A stretch of 64,000 bases of DNA from Octopus sinensis (taxonomy: Eukaryota), in the NCBI RefSeq assembly GCF_006345805.1, contig NW_021833453.1, positions 8,255-72,254 on the forward strand, written 5' to 3'. Of the stretch, positions 49,401-61,400 are shown one piece after another; the stretch's first letter is position 1; every line of letters starts with the position of its first letter. The notes beneath the pieces are model-generated. The model saw nothing but the letters and a program-made list of their open reading frames with translations. It was not told where the DNA came from and searched no databases. The translations under genes were made by a program, and so were the position numbers.

Positions 49401-52400
49401 CTTAGCTAAATATAAGTTAACTGATTGATAAAAGCTTATATTGATCCAAGAGATCACTAAAATCGCAAAGTTTTCAGGTTAGAATATGTCACAATATTGC
49501 ATAGGTGTACTTGAAAAACAACAAAAAAATTTATAGCTAAATATAAGTTAACTAATTGATAAAAAGCTTATATTCATCCAAGAGATCACTAAAATCTCAA
49601 AAGTTTTCACGTTAGAAAATGTAAAAATATTGCAAATGTGTACTTGAAAAACAACAAAAATTTTAGTGATCTAATAGCTAAATGTAAGTTAACTGATTGA
49701 TAAAAGCTTATATTTATCCAGAGATCACTAAAATCGCAAAAGTTTACAGGTTAGAAAATGTCAAAATATTGCAGATGTGTACTTGAAAACAACAAAAATT
49801 TAGTGATCTCTTATCTAATATAAGTAACTGAATGATGAAAAGCTTATATTTACCCAAGAGATCACTAAGGCAAAAGTTTTCAGGTCACAAAATGTCAACA
49901 TATTGCATATGTGTACTTGATAAACAACAAAAATTTAGTGATCTCTTAGCTAAATATAAGTTAGCTGATTGATAAAAAGCTTTACCAAGAGATCACTAAA
50001 ATCTCAAAAGTTTTCAGGTTAAAAATATCAAAATATTGCATATGTGTACTTGAAAAACAACAAAGAATTTAGTGATCTCTTAGCTAAATATAAGTTAACT
50101 GATTGATAAAACTTATATTTATCCAAGTGATCACTAAAACATCATTTTTTTTTCAGGTTAGAAGATGTCAAAATGTTGCATATGTGTACTTGAAAAACAA
50201 AAATTTAGTGATCTCATAGCTAAATATAAGAACTGATTGATAAAAACTTATATTTATCCTAGAGATCACTGAAATCTCAATAGTTTTCAGATTAGAAAAT
50301 GTCAAATTATTGCATATGTTTACTTGAAAAACAACAAAAAATTTAGTGATCTCTTAGCTAAATACAAGTTATATGATTGATAAAAAGCTTTACCAAGACC
50401 TAAAATCGCAAAAGTTTTTATGTTAGAAAATGTCAAAATTTGCATAAGTGTACTTGAAAAACAACAAAAAATTAGTGATCTCTTAGCTAATACAAGTTAG
50501 CTGATTGATAAAAAGCTTATATTTATCCACTAACGCAAAAGTTTTCAGGTTACAAATGTCAAAATATTGCATATGTGTACTTGAAATAAAACAAAAATTT
50601 AGTGACTAATAGCTAAATATAAGGTAAGTGATTGATAAAAAGCTGATATTTATACCAAGAGATCACTAAAATCTCAATAGTTTTTTCAGGTTAGAAAATG
50701 ACAAAATATTGCATATATGTACTTGAAAAACAACAAAAATTTACAGCTAATATAAGTTAACTGATTGATAAAAGCTGATATTTATCCAAGAGATCACTAA
50801 AATCACAAATGTTTTCAAGGTTAAAAATATCAAAATATTGCATAGGTGTACTTGAAAAACACAAAAATTTAGTGATCTCATAGCTAAATACATTAGCTGA
50901 TTGATAAAACGCTTAACAAGAGATCACTAAAATCGCAAAAGTTTTCAGGTTAAAAATGTCAAAATATTGCATATGTGTACTTGAAAAACAACAAGAGATC
51001 ACTAACGCAAAAGTTTTCCAGGTTAGAAAATGTCAAAATATTCAAATATGTACTTGAAAAACACAAAAATTTAGTGATCTAATAACTAAATGTAAGTTAA
51101 CTGATTGATAAAAAGCTTATATTTTCCCAGAATCACTAAAATCGCAAAAGTTTTCAGGTTAGAAAATGTCCAAAAATAGGCATATGTGTACTTGAAAAAC
51201 AACAATAAATTTCGTGATCTCTTAGCTAATATAGTTAACTGATTGATAAAAAGCTATATTTATCCAAAGATCACTAAATGCAAAAATTTTCAGGTTAGAA
51301 AATGTCAAAATATTGCATATGTGTACTTGAAAAACAACAAAAATTTAGTGATCTCTACCTAAATCTGAATTACTGATTGATAACAGCTTATATTATCCAA
51401 GAGATCACTAAAATCTCAAAAGTTTTCAGGTAAGAAAATGTCAAAATATTGCATATGTGTACTTGAAAATCAACAAAAATTTAGTGATCTCTTAGCTAAA
51501 TATAATTTAACAGATTGATAAAAAGCTTATTTTATCCAAGAGATCACGAAAATCTCAAAAGTTTTCAGGTGGAGAAATTCAAATATTGCATATGTGAACT
51601 TGAAAAACACAAAAAATTAAGTGATCTCTTAGCTAAATATAAGTAACCTGAATGATGAAAACTTATATTTACCCAGAGATCACTATCGCAAAATTTTCAG
51701 GTTACAAATGTCAAAATATTGCATGTTGTACTTGAAAATCAACAAAAAATTTAGTGATCTAATAGCTAAATTAAGGTAACTGATTGATATAAAGCTGATA
51801 TTTATCCAAGAGATCACTAAAATCTCAAAAGTTTTCAGGTGAGAAAATGTCAAAATATTGCCTATGTGTACTTTGAAAAAACAGAAATTTAGTGATCTCT
51901 TAGCTAAATATTAGTAAACTGAATGATAAAAGCTTATATTTACCCAAGTGATCACTAACGCAAAGGTTTTCAGTTATAAATGTCAAAATATTGCATACGT
52001 TTACTTGACATACAACAAAAATTTAATGATCTAATGCTAAATATATTAACTGATTGATAAAAAGCTTATAGTTATCCAAAGATCACTAAAATCTCAAAAG
52101 TTTTCAGGTAGAAAATGTCAAATATTGCCTGTGTACTTGAAAACAACAAAAATTTAGTGATCTCTTAGCTAAATATGAATTAACGGATTGATAAAAGCTT
52201 ATATTTATCCAACAGATCACTAAATTCTCAAAAGTTTTGAGGTCAGAAAATGTCAAAATATTGCATATGTGTACTTGAAAACAACAAAAATTTAGTGATC
52301 TCTTAGCTAAATATAAGTTAGCTGATTGATAAAAAGCTTAACCAAGAGATCACTAAGTTAGCAAAAGTTTTCAGGTTAGAAAATGTCAAAATATTGCATA

Positions 52401-55400
52401 TGTGTACTTGAAAAACAACAAAAAATTTAGTGATCTCTAACCTAAATATGAATTAACTGATTGATAAACAGCTTATATTTATCCAAGAGATCACTAAAAT
52501 CTCAAAAGTTTTCAGGTAAGAAAATGTCAAATTATTGCATATGTGTACTTGAAAAACAACAAAAAATTTAGTGATCTCTTAGCTAAATATAATTTAACAG
52601 ATTGATAAAAAGCTTATATTTATCCAAGAGATCACTAAAATCTCAAAAGTTTTCAGGTTAGAAAATGTCAAAATATTGCATATGTGAACTTGAAAACAAC
52701 AAAAAATTAGTGATCTCTTAGCTAAATATAAGTAACCTGAATGATGAAAAGCTTATATTTACCCAAGAGATCACTATCGCAAAATTTTCAGGTTACGAAA
52801 TGTCAAAATATTGCATATGTGTACTTGAAAATCAACAAAAAATTTAGTGATCTAATAGCTAAATATAAGGTAACTGATTGATATAAAGCTGATATTTATC
52901 CAAGAGATCACTAAAATCTCAAAAGTTTTCAGGTGAGAAAATGTCAAAATATTGCATATGTGTACTTGAAAAACAACAAGAAATTTAGTGATCTCTTAGC
53001 TAAATATTAGTAAACTGAATGATAAAAAGCTTATATTTACCCAAGTGATCACTAACGCAAAGGTTTTCAGGTTATAAAATGTCAAAATATTGCATACGTT
53101 TACTTGAAAAACAACAAAAAATTTAATGATCTAATTGCTAAATATAAGTTAACTGATTGATAAAAAGCTTATAGTTATCCAAGAGATCACTAAAATCTCA
53201 AAAGTTTTTCAGGTTACAAAATGTCAAAAAATTGCCTATGTGTACTTGAAAAACAACAAAAAATTTAGTGATCTCTTAGCTAAATATGAATTAACTGATT
53301 GATAAACAGCTTATATTTATCCAACAGATCACTAAATTCTCAAAAGTTTTGAGGTCAGAATATGTCAAAATATTGCATATGTGTACTTGAAAAACAACAA
53401 AAAATTTAGTGATCTCTTAGATAAATATAAGTTAGCTGAATGATAAAAAGCTTAACCAAGAGATCACTAAGATAGCAAAAGTTTTCAGGTTAGAAACTGT
53501 CAAAATATTGCATATGTGTACTTGAAAAACAACAAAAAATTTAGTGATCTCTTAGCTAAATATATGTTAACTGATTAATAAATAACTTATATTTATCCAA
53601 GAGATCACTAAAATCTCAAAAGTTTTCAGGTTAGAAAATGTCAAAATATTGCATATGTGTCTTTGAAAAACAACAAAAAATTAAGTGATCTCTTAGCTAA
53701 AAATATGTTAACTGATTGAAAAAAAATCTTATATTTATCCAAGAGATCACTAAAATCGCAAAGGTTTCAGGTTAGAAAATTTGAAAATATTGCATATGTG
53801 TACATGAAAAACAACAAAAAATTTAGTGATCTCTTAGCTAAATATATCTTAACTGATTGATAAAAAGCTTATATTTATCCAAGAGATCACTAAAATCGCA
53901 AAAGTTTTCAGGTTAGAAAATGTCAAAATATTGCATATGTGTTCTTGAAAAACAACAAGAAATTTAGTGATCTCTTAGCGAAAAATAAATAAACTGAATG
54001 ATAACAAGCTTATATTTATCGAAGAGATCACTAAAATCTCAAAAGTTTTTCAGGTTAGAAAATGTCAAAATATTGCATATGTGTACGTGAAAAACAACAA
54101 AATTTTAGAACTAAATATAAGTTAACTGATTGATAAAAGCTTATACATATCCAAGACATCACTAAAATGTCAAAAGTTTACAGGTTAGATAATGTCAAAT
54201 ATTGCATATGTGTACTTGAAAAACAACAAAGAATTTAGTGATCTCTTAGCTAAATATAAGTTAACTGATTGATAAAAACTTATATTTATCCAAGTGATCA
54301 CTAAAATATCAATAGTTTTCAGGTTAGAAGATGTCAAAATATTGCATATGTGTACTTGAAAAACAACAAAAAATTTAGTGATCTCATAGCTAAATATAAG
54401 TGAACTGATTGATAAAAACTTATATTTATCCTAGAGATCACTGAAATCTCAATAGTTTTCAGGTTAGAAAATGTCAAATTATTGCATATGTTTACTTGAA
54501 AAACAACAAAAAATTTAGTGATCTCTCAGCTAAATACAAGTTAGCTGATTGATAAATAGCTTATATTTATCCAAGAGATCACTAACGCAAAAGTTTTCAG
54601 GTTACAAAATGTCAAAATATTGCATATGTGTACTTGAAATAAAGCAAAAAATTTAGTGATCTAATAGCTAAATATAAGGTAACTGATTGATAAAAAGCTG
54701 ATATTTATCCAAGAGATCACTAAAATCTCAATAGTTTTCAGGTTAGAAAATGACAAAATATTGCATATATGTACTTGAAAAACAACAAAAAATTTACAGC
54801 TAAATATAAGTTAACTGATTGATAAAAAGCTGATATTTATCCAAGAGATCACTAAAATCACAAATGTTTTCAGGTTAAAAAACATCAAAATATTGCATAG
54901 GTGTACTTGAAAAACAACAAAAAATTTAGTGATCTCTTAGCTAAATATAAGTTAGCTGAGTGATAAAAAGCTTAACTAAGTGATCACAAAAATCGCAAAA
55001 GTTTTCAGGTTAGGAAATGTCAAAATATTGCATATGTGTACTTGAAAAACAACAAAAAATTTAGTGATCTAATAGCTAAATATAAGGTAACTGATTGATA
55101 AAAAGCTTATATTTATCCAAGAGATCACTAAAATCGCAAAAGTTTTCAGGCTAGAAAATGTCAAAATATTGCATATGTGTACTTGAAAAACAACAAAAAA
55201 TTTCGAGCTAAATGTAAGTTAACTGATTGATAAAAAGCTTATATTGATCCAAGAGATCACTAAAATCGCAAAAGTTTTCAGGTTAGAATATGTCAAAATA
55301 TTGCATAGGTGTACTTGAAAAACAACAAAAAATTTATAGCTAAATATAAGTTAACTAATTGATAAAAAGCTTATATTCATACAAGAGATCACTAAAATCT

Positions 55401-58400
55401 CAAAAGTTTTCACGTTAGAAAATGTAAAAATATTGCAAATGTGTACTTGAAAAACAACAAAAAATTTAGAGATCTAATAGCTAAATGTAAGTTAACTGAT
55501 TGATAAAAAGCTTATATTTATCCAAGAAATCACTAAAATCGCAAAAGTTTACAGGTTAGAAAATGTCAAAATATTGCAGATGTGTACTTGAAAAACAACA
55601 AAAAATTTAGTGATCTCTTATCTAAATATAAGTAAACTGAATGATGAAAAGCTTATATTTACCCAAGAGATCACTAAGGCAAAAGTTTTCAGGACAAAAA
55701 TGTCAACATATTGCATATGTGTACTTGATAAACAAAAAATTTAGTGATCTCTTAGCTAAATATAAGTTAGCTGATTGATAAAAAGCTTTACCAAGAGATC
55801 ACTAAAATCTCAAAAGTTTTCAGGTTTAAAAATATCAAAATATTGCATATGTGTACTTGAAAAACAACAAAGAATTTAGTGATCTCTTAGCTAAATATAA
55901 GTTAACTGATTGATAAAAACTTATATTTATCCAAGTGATCACTAAAACATCAATGGTTTTCAGGTTAGAAGATGTCAAAATATTGCATATGTGTACTTGA
56001 AAAACAAAAAAAATTTAGTGATCTCATAGCTAAATATAAGTGAACTGATTGATAAAAACTTATATTTATCCTAGAGATCACTGAAATCTCAATAGTTTTC
56101 AGGTTAGAAAATGTCAATTATTGCATATGTTTACTTGAAAAACACAAAAAATTTAGTGATCTCTTAGCTAAGACAAGTTATATGATTGATAAAAAGCTTT
56201 ACCAAGAAATCACTAAAATCGCAAAAGTTTTTATGTTAGAAAATGTCAAAATATTGCATATGTGTACTTGAAAAACAACAAAAAATTTAGTGATCTCTTA
56301 GCTAAATACAAGTTAGCTGATTGATAAAAAGCTTATATTTATCCAAGAGATCACTAACGCAAAAGTTTTCAGGTTACAAAATGTCAAAATATTGCATATG
56401 TGTACTTGAAATAAAACAAAAAATTTAGTGATCTAATAGCTAAATATAAGTTAACTGATTGATAAAAAGCTGATATTTATCCAAGAGATCACTAAAATCT
56501 CAAACGTTTGCAGGTAAGGAAATGTCAAAATATTGCATATGTGTACTTGAAAAACAACAAAAAATTTAGCGATCTCTTAGCTAAATATAAGTTAGCTGAT
56601 TGATAAAAAGCTTAACCAAGAGATCACTAAAATCGCCAAAGTTTTCAAGTTAGAAAATCTCAAAATATTGCTTATGTGTACTTGAAAAACAACAAAAAAT
56701 TTAGTTATCTCTTAGCTAAATTTAAGTAAACTGAATGATAAAAAGCTTATATTCACCCAAGAGATCACTAACGCAAAAGTTTTCAGGTTAGAAAATGTCA
56801 AAATATTGCATGTGTACTTGAAAAACAACAAAAAATTTAGTGATCTATTAGCTAAATATAAGTTAACTGATTGATAAAAAGCTTATATTTATCCAAGAGA
56901 TCACTAAAATCTCAAAAGATTTCAGGTAAGAAAATTTCAAAATATTGCATATGTGTACTTGAAAAACAACAGAAAATTTAAAGCGAAATATAAGTTAACT
57001 GATTGATAAAAAGCTAATATTTATCCAAGAGATCACTAAACTCTCAAAAGTTTTCAGGTTAGAAAATGTCAAAATATTGCAAATGTGTACTTGAAAAACA
57101 ACAAAAAATTTAGTGATCTAATAGCTAAATATATGTTAACTGATTGATAAAAAGATTATATTTATCCAAGAGATCACTAAAATCTCATAAGTGTTCAGGT
57201 TAGAAAATGTCAAAATATTGCATATTGTGACTTGAAAAACAACAAAAAATTAGTGATCTCTTAGCTAAATATAAGTTAGCTGAGTGATAAAAAGCTTAAC
57301 CAAGTGATCACAAAAATCGCAAAAGTTTTCAGGTTAGAAAATGTCAAAATATTGCATATGTGTACTTGAAAAACAACAAAAAATTTAGTGATCTAATAGC
57401 TAAATATAAGGTAACTGATTGATAAAAAGCTTATATTTATCCAAGAGATCACTAAAATCGCAAAAGTTTTCAGGCTAGAAAATGTCAAAATATTGCATAT
57501 GTGTTCTTGAAAAACAACAAAAAATTTCGAGCTAAATGTAAGTTAACTGATTGATAAAAAGCTTATATTCATCCAAGAGATCACTAAAATCTCAAAAGTT
57601 TTCAGGTGAGAAAATGTCAAAATATTGCATATGTGAACTTGAAAAACAACAAAAAATTTAGTGATCTTTTACCTAAATATCAGTAAACTGAATGATGAAA
57701 AGCTTATATTTACCCAAGAGATCACTAACGCAAAAGTTTTCAGGTTACAAAATGTCAAAATATTGCATATGTGTACTTGAAATACAACAAAAAATTTAGT
57801 GATCTAATAGCTAAATATAAGTTAACTGATTGATAAAAACTTATATTTATCCAAGAGAACATTAAAATCTCAAAAGTTTTCAGGTTAGAAGATGTCAAAA
57901 TATTGCATGTGTGTACTTGAAAAACAACAAAAAATTTAGTGATCTCATAGCTATATATAAGTGAAATGATTGATAAAAACTTATATTTATCCTAGAGATC
58001 ACTAAAATCTCAAAAGTTTTCAGGTTAGAAGATGTCAATATATTGCATATGTGTACTTGAAAAACAACAAAAGATTTAGTGATCTCTTAGCTAAATATAA
58101 GTTAACTGATTGATAAAAAGCTTATATTGATCCAAGAGATCACTAAAATCGCAAAAGTTTTCAGGTTAGAATATGTCAAAATATTGCATAGGTGTACTTG
58201 AAAAACAACAAAAAATTTATAGCTAAATATAAGTTAACTAATTGATAAAAAGCTTATATTCATCCAAGAGATCACTAAAATCTCAAAAGTTTTCACGTTA
58301 GAAAATGTAAAAATATTGCAAATGTGTACTTGAAAAACAACAAAAAATTTAGTGATCTAATAGCTAAATGTAAGTTAACTGATTGATAAAAAGCTTATAT

Positions 58401-61400
58401 TTATCCAAGAGATCACTAAAATCGCAAAAGTTTACAGGTTAGAAAATGTCAAAATATTGCAGATGTGTACTTGAAAAACAACAAAAAATTTAGTGATCTC
58501 TTATCTAAATATAAGTAAACTGAATGATGAAAAGCTTATATTTACCCAAGAGATCACTAAGGCAAAAGTTTTCAGGTCACAAAATGTCAACATATTGCAT
58601 ATGTGTACTTGATAAACAACAAAAAATTTAGTGATCTCTTAGCTAAATATAAGTTAGCTGATTGATAAAAAGCTTTACCAAGAGATCACTAAAATCTCAA
58701 AAGTTTTCAGGTTAAAAAATATCAAAATATTGCATATGTGTACTTGAAAAACAACAAAGAATTTAGTGATCTCTTAGCTAAATATAAGTTAACTGATTGA
58801 TAAAAACTTATATTTATCCAAGTGATCACTAAAACATCAATAGTTTTCAGGTTAGAAGATGTCAAAATGTTGCATATGTGTACTTGAAAAACAACAAAAA
58901 ATTTAGTGATCTCATAGCTAAATATAAGTGAACTGATTGATAAAAACTTATATTTATCCTAGAGATCACTGAAATCTCAATAGTTTTCAGATTAGAAAAT
59001 GTCAAATTATTGCATATGTTTACTTGAAAAACAACAAAAAATTTAGTGATCTCTTAGCTAAATACAAGTTATATGATTGATAAAAAGCTTTACCAAGAAA
59101 TCACTAAAATCGCAAAAGTTTTTATGTTAGAAAATGTCAAAATATTGCATAAGTGTACTTGAAAAACAACAAAAAATTTAGTGATCTCTTAGCTAAATAC
59201 AAGTTAGCTGATTGATAAAAAGCTTATATTTATCCACTAACGCAAAAGTTTTCAGGTTACAAAATGTCAAAATATTGCATATGTGTACTTGAAATAAAAC
59301 AAAAAATTTAGTGATCTAATAGCTAAATATAAGGTAAGTGATTGATAAAAAGCTGATATTTATCCAAGAGATCACTAAAATCTCAATAGTTTTCAGGTTA
59401 GAAAATGACAAAATATTGCATATATGTACTTGAAAAACAACAAAAAATTTACAGCTAAATATAAGTTAACTGATTGATAAAAAGCTGATATTTATCCAAG
59501 AGATCACTAAAATCACAAATGTTTTCAGGTTAAAAAATATCAAAATATTGCATAGGTGTACTTGAAAAACAACAAAAAATTTAGTGATCTCATAGCTAAA
59601 TACAAGTTAGCTGATTGATAAAACGCTTAAACAAGAGATCACTAAAATCGCAAAAGTTTTCAGGTTAGAAAATGTCAAAATATTGCATATGTGTACTTGA
59701 AAAACAACAAGAGATCACTAACGCAAAAGTTTCCAGGTTAGAAAATGTCAAAATATTGCAAATATGTACTTGAAAAACAACAAAAAATTTAGTGATCTAA
59801 TAACTAAATGTAAGTTAACTGATTGATAAAAAGCTTATATTTATCCAAGAGATCACTAAAATCGCAAAAGTTTTCAGGTTAGAAAATGTCAAAATATGGC
59901 ATATGTGTACTTGAAAAACAACAATAAATTTCGTGATCTCTTAGCTAAATATAAGTTAACTGATTGATAAAAAGCTTATATTTATCCAAGAGATCACTAA
60001 AATGGCAAAAATTTTCAGGTTAGAAAATGTCAAAATATTGCATATGTGTACTTGAAAAACAACAAAAAATTTAGTGATCTCTAACCTAAATCTGAATTAA
60101 CTGATTGATAAACAGCTTATATTTATCCAAGAGATCACTAAAATCTCAAAAGTTTTCAGGTAAGAAAATGTCAAAATATTGCATATGTGTACTTGAAAAT
60201 CAACAAAAAATTTAGTGATCTCTTAGCTAAATATAATTTAACAGATTGATAAAAAGCTTATATTTATCCAAGAGATCACTAAAATCTCAAAAGTTTTCAG
60301 GTGAGAAAATGTCAAAATATTGCATATGTGAACTTGAAAAACAACAAAAAATTAAGTGATCTCTTAGCTAAATATAAGTAACCTGAATGATGAAAAGCTT
60401 ATATTTACCCAAGAGATCACTATCGCAAAATTTTCAGGTTACAAAATGTCAAAATATTGCATATGTGTACTTGAAAATCAACAAAAAATTTAGTGATCTA
60501 ATAGCTAAATATAAGGTAACTGATTGATATAAAGCTGATATTTATCCAAGAGATCACTAAAATCTCAAAAGTTTTCAGGTGAGAAAATGTCAAAATATTG
60601 CCTATGTGTACTTGAAAAACAACAAGAAATTTAGTGATCTCTTAGCTAAATATTAGTAAACTGAATGATAAAAAGCTTATATTTACCCAAGTGATCACTA
60701 ACGCAAAGGTTTTCAGGTTATAAAATGTCAAAATATTGCATACGTTTACTTGAAATACAACAAAAAATTTAATGATCTAATTGCTAAATATAAGTTAACT
60801 GATTGATAAAAAGCTTATAGTTATCCAAGAGATCACTAAAATCTCAAAAGTTTTTCAGGTTAGAAAATGTCAAAATATTGCCTATGTGTACTTGAAAAAC
60901 AACAAAAAATTTAGTGATCTCTTAGCTAAATATGAATTAACTGATTGATAAAAAGCTTATATTTATCCAACAGATCACTAAATTCTCAAAAGTTTTGAGG
61001 TCAGAAAATGTCAAAATATTGCATATGTGTACTTGAAAAACAACAAAAAATTTAGTGATCTCTTAGCTAAATATAAGTTAGCTGATTGATAAAAAGCTTA
61101 ACCAAGAGATCACTAAGTTAGCAAAAGTTTTCAGGTTAGAAAATGTCAAAATATTGCATATGTGTACTTGAAAAACAACAAAAAATTTAGTGATCTCTTA
61201 GCTAAATATAAGTTAGCTGATTGATAAAAAGCTTATAACCAAGAGATCACTAAGATAGCGAAAGTTTTCAGGTTAGAAAATGTCAAAAATTGCATATGTG
61301 TACTTGACAAACAACAAAAAATTAGTGATCTTAGCTAAATATATGTTAACTGATTTAATAAGTAACTTATATTTATCCAAGAGATCACTAAAATCTCAAA

